DNA of 64,000 nucleotides from Anthoceros angustus (lineage: Eukaryota > Plantae > Anthocerotophyta). The notes beneath the pieces were generated by a model. The model worked only from the letters and a program-made list of their open reading frames with translations, was not told the DNA's origin and did no database searches. Position numbers and translations under genes: made by a program. The DNA is taken from the NCBI GenBank assembly GCA_010909165.1, contig VJWM01000003.1:411949-475948 (forward strand). Direction: 5' to 3'. Positions 53,130-64,000 of this stretch are shown here, in pieces. Every line of letters begins with the position of its first letter. The first letter of the stretch is position 1.

Positions 53130-54812
53130 AAATGGGCGTCGTAACGGCTAGAACCGTGAGCATGTTATATCAGCAGGGGAAGCTTGTTGCTCTGGAAATG
53201 GAGATGGGTCTTTGTGCATCCGACTGGAGATTGCCCGTTGATCTTGTTCCTAGCAGGCCTGCTGGTTACGATAGGGGCGTAACGGCTGAGACCGTGAGCC
53301 AGCCATGTCATGAGGGGCGTTGGGCTGAAGCTGTCCAGGCTCTGGGAGTTCTGGTGCAGACGGACTGGTGCATTTCCAAGTCCCTCTTTTATAATGTTTT
53401 GCAGGTTGTGGGTCGCCGAGTACATGCTTTGGCGGTGAACAGCGGGTATTAGTCAGACACGTTCCTGGGCAACCAGTTCCTCCGAATGTATGCTTTTCAT
53501 GGCAGGTTGTAAGACACGATGGATGTGTTGGAAGAAGTTGCGGAAGCGGATGCCTTCAGTGGTCGGCCATAATTTATGCGCATGCTGAACATGCACAAGA
53601 GAATCAGGCTACAGAACTGTATCATCGGATGTGCAGGTCAGGTGTAAAGCAAGATAGCCATGTATTTGTGGTGGTTCTCAACGCTTGTACAAAAGTATCA
53701 GACCTGAAAACGGGGCAGCAGGTGCATGCTGATGTGTTGGCCACAGGCGTTGAGCCTGATTTGTTTGTCGCACTGGCTCGGTGAACATGTACGCAAAGTG
53801 TGGCAGGTTGGAAGATGCTCAGAGACTGTTTGAGGGACTTTGTTGAAAGGATGTGGTGGCGTGGAATACCATGATCGCAGGGTACTCTCAGCAGGGCATG
53901 GGGCAGAAAGCCCTTCGTCTGCACGGGCCATGCAAGACGAAGGAAAAAGGAAGGAATTGCGGTACCCAATGCCGTGACATTGGTGTCCATCCTGCAGGCA
54001 TGTGACAGGTGTGGGCAACCCAGCTCTGGAGATGGGGAAGCTGCTTCATGCACTAATTAGAGAGCAAGCACATGAAGCGAATGTGTTTGTGGCCAGCAGT
54101 TTGGTAAACATGTATGCAAGAAGTGGCAGCTTGGAAGATGCTCAGAGAGTGTTCAACGGACTTGGTGAAAAGGATGGTGCGACTGGGACTGCTCTAATTG
54201 CAGGGTACTCCCAGCAGGGCCTGGGCCAGGAGGCTCTCAGACTGTACAGTGCAATGCAAGAAGAAGGCAATGCTGTACCCAGTTCGAAGACGTTTGTGTG
54301 CCTCCTGCAGGCATGTGCAAGTGTGGGTACTCCAGCGTTGGAGAAGGGGAAGCAGCTTCATGCAGAAATTAGAGAAGGAGGACATCAAGCTGATGTCTTT
54401 GTAGCGAGCAGTCTGGTAAACATGTATGCTAAGTGTTGCAGCTTGGAAGATGCACGCCAGGTTTTTGAAGTTTGGCCGCAAAGGATGTGGTGACATGGAC
54501 GGTGCTGATTGCTGGGTACTCTCAGCAAGGGCTCGGACATGATTCACTTGTTGTGTACGAACAGATGGAGCAGGGGGGCCTGATTTTGGCTAACCAAGTT
54601 ACTTTTGCTTGCCTTCTGAAGGCCTGTGCGAGCACGGGTGCCTTACAGAAGGGGAGGCAGCTGCACTCACAGATTGTCAAAACAGGACTGCTGGATAACG
54701 TAGTGTTGGGCAACTGCTTGGTGGACATGTATGCAAAATGTGTTGAACTGGAAGATGCACGCCAGGTTTTTGAAAGCTTGGCCACGAAGGATGTGGTGAC
54801 ATGGACGACAGG
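53130..54812 (+). pseudogene. PLS-class PPR (organellar RNA-editing factor type) pseudogene, 3'-truncated
   Basis: Repeating SLVNMYAKCG.LEDA..VF, KDVV.W..LIAGYSQQG.G.EAL and TFVCLLQACAS...LEKGKQLH motifs. In-frame stops (TAG ~53450, TAA ~53510, TGA ~53843) and several frameshifts. Breaks off after KDVVTWT with no E/DYW domain. Confidence 0.88.
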
Positions 54813-55560
54813 TGGATACCGCGATGTTCATACCAGGAGGATCTCTCGCTTCCCAGGTATGAACACCATGGACCTTAACCTCCCGCATAATTTGAAAGCA
54901 GGATTTCAATGCAACTCCATTCAAAGCGACGAAAGCTCTCGCCAACTCGGAAAATGCTGACTTAATAACACCCCTCACACTTAATAACACCCCTCACTGC
55001 GCAGCCAGTAAGGGAGCGTCAAGTGCTAGCTTCCTAAGAGACTTGCACGTTTCTCAACGCTCTCAACCTCACAACACAGCACTAGGCTCTAAGTAGCCCG
55101 CCGTCCACTGACGACTTGCAGACCACCTCCTCGAGGTGCTGCTCTTTATTGCAAGAATACAACGATGGAATCTAGCTATCTACGCCCAACTAGCTACTGC
55201 CCTTGATTCCATGACAAGCTCACTAGCTAGTTCTCCACAGTCTCTCAACTAAGTCTGGCACCGCGCACTTGCCTACTCTCTCAAAGAGTGAGTAACTTGT
55301 AACTTGTTCCTCAAAGCCCTTGCTCTAGCCCTTATATATCCCGCAGTCTGACCTTAATTAGGCAGCTGTTAAATCTAGGGATTCTTACAGACCACTGATC
55401 ACTAAGAGTCCTCTCTAGGCAGCTCTTCATTTGTGGCTGTAGCAATTCCTTTCTAACAAGAGATTGCATGAAGCATGCAATACATGCATCTTCTTAACAG
55501 GGCAGCTACTAACTTAGCTTTTTACCTTTTTCAACTTTTCACTTTTCTACCTTGTTTCAC
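54813..55560. mobile_element. Non-coding TE sequence with LTR-like features that truncates the PPR
   Basis: Abrupt loss of PPR homology. TATA-like cccttatatatccc and a reverse-oriented tgtattcttgcaataa polyA-like region; 19-bp duplication at 54961. Termini were not identified. Confidence 0.4.
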
Positions 55561-55899
55561 CAGTGCCGTTACTGACTTTGCCCAAACTCTTTGTTAATAC
55601 TTCGTCCGACTTCATAGGAAATACTCTCAAGTTTCCCCGGTGTATAGGCTGTCCTTGTATTCCTAGTAAGAGAATGAAGGCATGGCTATGCATGGACATT
55701 ACGCGAGCGAGGTGGACCCTCCAACCCCGCCTGAGTTTTAGGCCTCGCCAACAAAAGAGCGGTCATCGTTAGCTTTGCCCAATCTTTTTCTGGCGAAATT
55801 CCCACTTTCGAAAATTAATAACCCACCCATCCAAGCAACTTTGAAACTACAATGGAATTCATGTTCTTTTCGACCAATACGTGAAACTCACACCTCATA

Positions 55900-57260
55900 C
55901 CGACTCGGCCATCCTGAATTAAAAAGGTTAGACTCATGCTCGACTCAATTGAAAGAGTACGAGTCCATCAAAGAAGGATAAGAGGTTAGACTCATGCTCG
56001 ACTCTATTGAAAGAGTACGAGTCCATCAAAGAAGGATAAGAGGTTAGACTCATGCTCAACTCTATTGAAAGAGTACGAGTCCATCAAAGAAGGATAAGAG
56101 TTTGAAGAGTTTGTATCTCAATTGAAAGAGTACGAGTCCATCAAAGAAAGATAAGAGTTTGAAGAGTTTGTACCTCGACTTTATTGAAAGGCTCTACTCA
56201 ATGGAAAGAATACGAATTCATCAAAAAGGGATGAGAGTTTGTACCTTGACTCTAGAACATCTCAACAAGTCGTCAATTTCAAGACGGCTAAGGGCGACCC
56301 ATTCAACAACACGTCAACAAGTTGAAGAACTTCGTGGATCACATAAAGGACAAGTAAAGGGCAAGGCTAAAGGCTATTTAAGGCCTAGCCTACTTATGTA
56401 TCGTGCGTGGTATGCTAGAGTACTAGTTTGCTTTGTGTGTATGTATGGGAGTTTTGTGTTCCTCTTAATAAAAGTTGTTTTTCAATTTTGTTGACGTGCT
56501 GTTGAATGGTGTCGCCCTCGGCCATCTTGAAGTTGGTGAATTGTTGAGACGCTCCAAAGTCAAAGTACAAACTCTCATCCTTCTTTGATGGATTCTCTTG
56601 TTAATTCTTTGAATTGAGTCGAGTGGCTTTTCCACACCTCCTTTTTTTATGCACCCTCTTTCTTTGAATTGAGTCAAATGGTTCTCCCACTCCAACTCCA
56701 GCTCTGCTTTCATATTTTTTGAATTGAATCAAGTGGTTTTCCCACTTGAGCTCTGCTTTCGTATTCTTTGAATTGAGTTAAGTGGAAAAAGGCTTTTCCA
56801 CTCTAGCCCTAGATCTAACATCATGTTAGAAAAAGAGTTTTACCTTTATTGAGAAAATACAAAACTTCCACTTCAGCCCTTGCTCCAATACGATACCATG
56901 TTAGAAAACACAAAATTATATTGAAAAAATACAAAACTTCTATACAATATGGGTCACATGCACACAAGCACACTTATATTCTAGTAGACCACAAGCAACG
57001 CTCCAACACTAGTACTCTAGTACGCCACACAAAACACTCTAGCACACCACATGCAACACACGAGCACACTGGTACTCTAGCACACCACATGTAACACATA
57101 GGTAGGGTAGGCCTTAAATAGCCCTCATAGTTAGGGTGGGCCTTAAATAGCCCTCATAATTAGGGTAGGCTTTAAACAGCCCTTAACTTTGCCCTTGACT
57201 TTCGTCTTTGTACTTTCTAGAAGATTCTTTCGGAGATTCTCTCTAGAAGGGTATACACTC
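55900..57260. mobile_element. Ty1/copia gag (UBN2-type) remnants in inverted orientation, with a 58-bp tandem repeat
   Basis: The minus strand near 56490-56600 reads SQQFTNFKMAEGDTIQQHVNK (copia gag KM.EG..I..H.N); a homologous plus-strand copy lies at ~56215-56320. A 58-bp unit aggttagactcatgctcgactctattgaaagagtacgagtccatcaaagaaggataag occurs ~3-5 times at 55925-56160. Confidence 0.65.
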
Positions 57261-57329
57261 TAGGGATAGACGAGTCCCGAAGAAGGTGGCCCTTCTTCAG
57301 GGCTCGGCTCGTGCCCGTCTCCTCTCTTG

Positions 57330-57660
57330 CATAGTTAAGGGAGCTTCTTTCTTTACAGGGAGCGCCCTTATACTCTGCCGAACGAGGTTTTCCTCCGAGC
57401 TGACCTTTCTTTGGCCCAGGGGCACCAGGTTTTGGTTGCAGATGTGGTTGTCACTGACCCTACTCGAGATTTCGTCAGTGAGCATGTGATCGATCCTCAA
57501 CCCTCCGGGATGGGCGGCGGAGGGATAGCCATCGAGATTCATAGGGCCATGGGCAAGGCCTTTTCTAGGTTTCTTAAGACTTGTGCCGGCATGGAGTACC
57601 ACAGTCGCACGAATGGGGTTGGCCTCCCTCTTTCATGTATTATGGCTTTTCCTCAGTAAC
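57330..57660 (+). mobile_element. Internal fragment of the CRE-like family, copy D
   Basis: RERPYTLPNEVFLRADLSLAQGHQVLVADVVVTDP...FLKTCAGMEYHSR..GVGL.LS parallels copies A and B. Confidence 0.7.
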
Positions 57661-59399
57661 GGTGTCCATACAGCGGGCTTTAATATGCGGTGTATAGGAC
57701 TGACCGACAGCGATGGCGGTGCTTCCGGCACCGATGGTGGGTAGGTCTTTTCGTATCCCCGATTTTGATATCCTTGGCATTGTAGGCAGTTACAAGATTG
57801 GCGACAATGGGGGTTAGTCCCCCATGGTCCGGTGCCCTCCTAAGGGTTGTTCCCCCTTCTCTTGGGATAGATGCCACATGGTAATCCTGTAAGGAGGTTA
57901 ATATGCACCATGGGGGTTTTCTACCAATTAATCGGCAATGAGGGTTTCCAATGGGTCTGCATTTAGGGTTTTCATTCTCGTGGTCGAAAAAAGCCTTAAA
58001 AAATAGGGTGTCCATCTGCCATAGACATGGAATCAAGGAGGCAAAGGGTATTGATGACCCCTCATACATCCATATAAATCCATTTCGGGCCCGTGTGGGA
58101 CATCCTTTGTGCCGGTGATGATGAAGACCGATCAGCAGACCCCGGCAACACAACGCGAAAAACATGGTGCGCGGGGCTTTTTACGTCAAGTAAACGGCTC
58201 GTCTGCCATAAGTATAATGGTCCATGGTTAACGTGTGCCCCTTGTATTCTGGATAACACAATGCTCATGCTGGTTTTTAAAGCAGGCGCCGGCCGACCGG
58301 CGCTCTCTTCACTCCTCGTCCATGGACACCCATTGCCGCTGGTGATTTGTCGCCCTCATTGTACATGTGTGAGAGAAATAGTGTTCCCCACGTGTTGGGG
58401 TGAACCATAACAATCAGAGAAGTCATGCTCTGAGACAGGTCACTTTGGACTGGCCCTTAGAAACTCAAACAATATTGGGGTTAACGCTCGCAATGCGTAT
58501 TACTAACACCATCTTCGCGTCGATATCTCCCAAGATGGAATCTGGTCTGTCAAGGCAGTAGGCCGCTTTTGTAAGAATAATAATGGCTAAACTTGGTGGA
58601 GTATACAGGTTTTCTGGCTAAGTCCGGGCTGGACTAAATAGCCATGCACAAACAATGACTGTATTTGCAGAATCTACTGAAACTTATGGAGATGAAGAGA
58701 AGAAAACTAGGTCTAAATCGGACAAAAGACCTTGCACACACGTTCATGTACTCCACTCGTCATCTGAATTCGCGCCATCATCGTCGAAGGGTTCGGCATC
58801 ATCACCGCTATCTTCACTATCTTCCACCTTATTAGCCGGGTCAGCATAAATTCATTTAATTTTTGTTTTATCACCTTCTTGTCCATAGCATATAAATGTT
58901 TGCGAGCATTCAAGTTGAAACCATAATATAAGATCACCGTTTTGTTCAAAAACCTTCAGACGCTTTTTGGGCAAATTTTTTCCCTTGGTCCCATCGTTCC
59001 TTCTATGTAATTATAAATTCTTCAACATATCTTCCTTCATACGCATTTGTGTGCTCAGTCATGTACCAATGAACGACAAAGTGAGGATCTGGTGCATCTA
59101 AATTAACATCAATGACCCTGCAAATCCAAAACGGCATGTTCTGTCTGTCAGTGGGCATGGGACTGCAATAAATATCTCTTTCCTTATTTCCGCAATGTCA
59201 CCATTCAATCGAGCAGTTTCTTGTTCTTGTCTAACAATGGTTTGATATGCACCTAGGTACATATCGCATTTAGGAAGGCCCCTGAGTAAAGCCTCCTTTA
59301 GCAACGCCTCATCGTGCATGGAGATGCTCTCAAGCTTTCTTCACTTCCGCGAAACCACTTCCATGCGCCCCGGAGTGCGAGCCCTATATTGTTCTCCAT

Positions 59400-61600
59400 A
59401 ACGCGATCTTCTCTTGGTCCACCCAAAATTCTTCCCACCATTTATATTCCTTTGATGACATATGGTCTAAGCCAAAGGCCCTCCTTCAAGTGAGCCACAC
59501 CTTGGGGATAACCTGACGACGTGCCTCTTATCACGGCACGGATGTCACCGCACAATGTCATGGATGGGACGAACTTCGAAAACTCCAAACCGGATTCCGT
59601 TTCCCATTGTGGCGATGTCGAATATTGTTTGCTTCTAATGACTGTCACAAGCCCATGGTCAGCTTTCTCTTCTCTTGTAATTTTGAACTGGTGCTGGAAC
59701 GATAGGTTGTTCAATTTCTGCACTGTAGCACCATATGCTTGGCGTCCATCCCCTTGTCGTATCGGCCAAACATAGGACCCGGAAGTCTGGAACCTCCGTT
59801 AATACCTTCACATCTGGTGTAAGAGTGTACGCCTCTTTTAGAATTATTGCCAATGCGGGGAGAGTATGAGCTTCCCTGTGTTTCAAGCTCTTTGAAAAAC
59901 ATGAAAACATTTGGTCAATTTGATCATGAGTATGTCCAACGAGCAGGAACCCCACCTTCACTTTCTCAAATGTCTCCATATCCATCAACATGTTCAGATA
60001 TGCAAAAAGAAGTTGATTCTTGTTCTCCCGACAAGTGTTGTCCAATTGCAAATATAAAACCTTCGGTAGTACTCCTTCATAGTTGTGTATCACATCTTGT
60101 ATAACAGTGATAGTCAAATTGGCGTCCTTCCTCAAATTTGCGTAATGCAAGAAGGCCCTCGCTTTATAGGTGTAGTTGTGAATCATACACCCAACTACGT
60201 GGACAGAGATACGGGACTCCTCATCCAGGTTCTTCGGCCACCTCAAAAAGTGTGGTACCTCTGTTTTCTTCTGGTCCATTCCATCTATAGGCGATGTAAT
60301 ATGTATGAGGATCCTAAACTTTTGCTCTGTGTTTGGCCATCTTCGTCAGTTCCTGTGCGGCGCTTTGCGGTGTCGTCAACGTGGCACGATATTTCAACTA
60401 CAAAACAACAACTTCATGGAGTAAGTTTTCAAATTACTTTGCATGGAAGCACTCTAGTCATGTCACTATCATTTACTATTACAGATATCCTTCACATGAG
60501 GTCTGTCTGCCAAAAAACATTGAATCCATTGATAGACTCCCATCGGGTGTCACGGTGGAGGGAGGACGGGGGGTGAGTACTTGTGGGGTTCCTCCTCCGG
60601 GTTTCTCTGGCCAGGAGGGATGGAGGGGCGCCGGCCGGCCGGTACCTGGGTTTAGGGTTTAGGTGAACCCTAAACCCTTCAAGCAAACAGTCACAAAGGA
60701 TGGCATGTAGTGGACAAAGGGTGCCCATTACCTTGGTCGACCTTCTGTGTTGAGTTCCGAATAGTTGTCTTCAATCCTGAGCAGAGTGAGCATGTCGAGA
60801 ATCGGTTTGACTTTGGGATCTTCACTCTGCTGTAGTTGCATTTCCATAGCTTTAAGAACCAAGCGTCTGTGACATATTTGAGTCCTGACCTTTCGCACTC
60901 TCATTTGTACAGTGACCATATTTCTGATTTTGTGTACGTGTTGGGAAGATTGAACACCTCCACATTTGGGAGCCTCTCAGCTATGAACATAAATGTATTG
61001 TCCATCAAGCTTTAACAGCTATGGCGCATAGGCTGGGGTTTGTCCTGTCCTAAAACCATCCCACGGTGAGTTATGAAGGACCCTAGCCTTCAACTCCTCA
61101 TACCTGTTGTGTACCACACAACATACTCTTCTGAACGCCTTCAGACAATATCGTATCGGAAGACTCCCCATAACATGAGTGACAACTTTTCCTTTGTCAT
61201 TGGCCCCTCGGTCGCGATGGACTAGAGATTGAAGGAATGTCTCCTGCTCTTTTCTGCACATTCTGATAAATCTATACCACTGCTTTTGAAATCTTTCTTT
61301 CGTCAATTTCTACAAGCACATCTGATTGCAACAAGGTTTCTAGTAGTCAACTGTTACAATGTCCACTTCACTCTTCCTTAACGACACTCCGGCTGCCCGC
61401 CTTCGCTGACATAATGCAGACGAGTCCTTCAACATCTGCAATGTCTCGCTCAAAGGCTTCAAATGAAATGATCGTGGCACATCATCATCTGGAGGCGTCT
61501 GGAAGTCGTCTGCTTTTGGTTCGACCTCTATCGGACGACCATCTGGCACCTCGGGACCAGGTATGTTCTGCCTTCGCATACCCATCGCCATGAACAAGTG
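59400..61600 (-). mobile_element. Decayed Sola-like (DUF7869-type) DDD DNA transposase
   Basis: DGMDQKKTEVPHF...KDANLTITVI...LPKVLYLQLDNTCRENKNQLLFAYLNMLM...FEKVKVGFLLVGHTHDQIDQMFS. Upstream fragments (YCLKAFRRVCC..R) are separated by stops and frameshifts. TIRs were not found. Confidence 0.75.
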
Positions 61601-63199
61601 TGGAAGACCACATGTGCACTAACCCCGCTCTCAAGTGTCAGGGTGAACGATTTTTTTTGTTTTGGATGTGTTAGAATAGCAGAGTGCTTTGAGAATCGTG
61701 CGAGTCGGGTCTTTTATACAGGGAATGGTCCTTGGCCCTTGGAGATAATAATAATTTTTTGACCCTTAGGTTTGACCCGGAGGTGGGGTAGAAATAAGTC
61801 CTTGGGTATTGGGAATTTTAGAATAAAAGGTGTCTATATATACTAGGATGCTCACAATATGCTACGATTGTGTAGTCAAGTGGGGTGGTAGCTAGTTCCA
61901 CCACGGTGGCAGCAGGGCGTCTGAGACCGGAGAATTTACAACCCTAGTGGCGGGCGGGACTACGGTCGGTCGGGCGCAAGGAGAAGGGCACACCCAGCCT
62001 GGTCGCGACTTTCGGGAGGCGGTCGGAGGCGGGCTGCGGCAAGAAGGCCTTGGCGTACCACGGCCTTGAGCCAAATCCATCTCATTGTCGGGGAGGAAGA
62101 GCGGCAGCATCCGAGACGGCAGCGGCGGAAGAAATCGGGCCAGCAGCAGGATTCGCGGGCGTGGAAGGAGGCTTGAGGCGGCTTTCGATTTTCTCTTGAC
62201 GAGTCTGCGGGGTAGTCGGTCTTGTTTTGGGAAACAACAGAGAAGGAGATGGCGCCCCATTGTGGAAATCCCACGCGGTGGACCAACATGGACCAGTGAG
62301 GTGGCGGCACAGTGCTGGGCTGAAGTTCATGGGAGAAATGGTGCTACAGGCTGCATTGGTGCAAGAGTCGCCCGGCAATTAAGGACCAAGTCGCAAGAGG
62401 GTGGCCAGCAGGCGGGATTTGGCCCTCTTTCGAGCGTGTATGGGAGAAGCATCGGAGGATGGGAGCTTGGTGATTGTTGGTGAAGAAGACCTTGAAAGTG
62501 CAGTGACGCTCATGAAACTGGGAAGTGAGGTGAACAATGGGCTGGGTGACTCGCCAACTCGTGTCTGGCATGGTGGGATTGGCCAAATGGATTTTGTGCT
62601 TCCTCTGAGCCGGAAGGCTGGATCATATGGCGGATCACTTCTTGGTTTTCTTCACGAGGTGGTCAAGGTACACAAATTGATTGGGGAGGATGATTTTCGA
62701 AAGAGCATGTGAGGCGGTCTTTCTCTTTCCTCGGCCCTCGATTTCGCCTTTTATTCATTATATTAAGTGATTGTTTAGCAGGGTTGGGCGTGTCCATAGC
62801 ATGGTTGGGCCGGTCGAGAGAACTCAAGGTGAAGAGGAGGGAATTTAGGAGGAGTTTTAAGGAGATTCCGGCCAGTTAGATGTCACGCTACCCGGAAGGT
62901 TGGAAGAGGGTGGGGAAGTTTCCAAGGTAAGCGAAGCGAAGAGCGGTCAGTGGTGTGGGGACTTTTTCTTTGATGGCCGGTGGCGCCTAATCCATGTCGT
63001 TGTAGGAAGAAGTCCGTTCCCAAAGGGAATTAGCGGGAGTTCTGGCCGTGTGAACCACGCATGTGTATTAACCTAGTAGGTGCTTTAGAGGTGTTGAGAT
63101 AAAAGCCGACCTGTTAAGTAGTTTAACTAGGTTAGGAGAAACGTGGTTAGTTGGTCAAGTATAAAGGCACATACACTATGTTAATTTCGCTTTTCTATT

Positions 63200-64000
63200 A
63201 TGCAAAGTCTGCTTTTGTTTTTACATCTCGATTAGAAAACCAACAAACCTTGGCGAAGATGATCCTTCCCGATGCCCTCTTTCCCTCTGCGAGCATGCGG
63301 GAACTGCGAGATTGTCCTGGTGATCTACCTTGGTGAGCATGTTCCGATGGACAATGATCACATCGCCTGCTTTCACCCTCATCCCGGCCGTCCAAAGAAC
63401 TGCATCACCGTTGGTTGTTCGTTGCGTCCACAGCTTCGGCATTGCCGCCTTTGCCGCCTCTATCTTTCCTCTTGCCTTGAGGGGCTCGGAACTCGCCCCA
63501 TCTCTTACTTTGGCGGTTGTAAACCGCCTCGGACCTCCACGGCCCACCTCCTAGGGTCCTCCCAGTTCTTGGACGGACCTCCTTATTGGCACGCCACATT
63601 TTCGGGCGTGCTCCCGGACTAAAGGCTTGTCAGGTCCAGAGAGCCTGAAAATGTCCAGTGCCATTCACCAGCTCCCCGCCTCCTCCATGGACCAAGTCCG
63701 GGTAGCGTTTGGTGGCGATGTTGCGCTCCACCAAGCGCCATGGCTCCCCACGCCTCACGCCCGCTTTCTTGGGTCCCATCTTCGCCTCCTTACATCATGA
63801 GGCATGGCTCCACAATCTTTTCACTCGATCGCGGTGTCGATTGCTTCACGCCAAGCCAAATCAAGCGCCTAAGGATGCGGAGGCGATAAAAAGACCAGCG
63901 AGCGGTGTATACGGCGAGAATGCGGCTTCGCCATGAAGTTGTTTTGGAAGAATGACCTCGCCTCGCTTCTCGAAGTAATGCCGCGGAGGCGGCTCTTGAC
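63200..64000 (-). mobile_element. Second fragment of the unclassified dispersed coding repeat seen at 7.6-7.9 kb (runs off the window edge)
   Basis: ggagccatggcgcttggtggagcgcaacatcg.caccaa..ctaccc.gactt and acattttc.aggct.tct.gacc...tagtccgggag.acgcc are shared with 7600-7945. Confidence 0.55.

Noticed and set aside
57680-59320. Fragmentary minus-strand ORFs next to the Sola-like transposase
   Set aside because: Broken by stops and not assignable to a family; treated only as possible TE cargo.
61892-62712. Overlapping 100-130 aa ORFs in a GC-rich block
   Set aside because: No motifs or splice-consistent model; likely TE-internal sequence.

Overview
This is eukaryotic nuclear DNA from a non-seed land plant. 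It has short (~70-130 nt) GT-AG introns, a PLS-class PPR gene (implies organellar RNA editing) and an axonemal DRC1 gene (implies flagellated sperm). The intron size, GC level and gene density fit a hornwort best (inference). No rRNA, tRNA or CRISPR array was found. Gene models in order: acireductone dioxygenase (ARD); an inward-rectifier (Kir/IRK)-fold channel; a DUF3511 microprotein; UDP-xylose 4-epimerase (MUR4/UXE-like); an AHK5/CKI2-like hybrid histidine kinase; PEX6; intronless DRC1; an intronless AT-rich SYP7 syntaxin; an unnamed tandem-PH-domain protein; DEP1 (MtnB-MtnC); a DUF2062 protein; a chloroplast two-RRM RNP; and a PLS-PPR pseudogene. Intergenic regions hold at least six fragments of a CRE-like (RLE) non-LTR retrotransposon family sharing a 3' hairpin, a decayed Sola-like transposase, Copia gag remnants, several minisatellites and a ~1.6 kb tandem duplication across the convergent PH/DEP1 gene ends. 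The best candidate for a new system is the Kir-fold channel: it has the Kir slide helix, TM2 and cytoplasmic domain, but the TxGYG K+ filter is replaced by STGLQP and the N-terminus resembles a plastid transit peptide. All exon boundaries were read by eye and are approximate.
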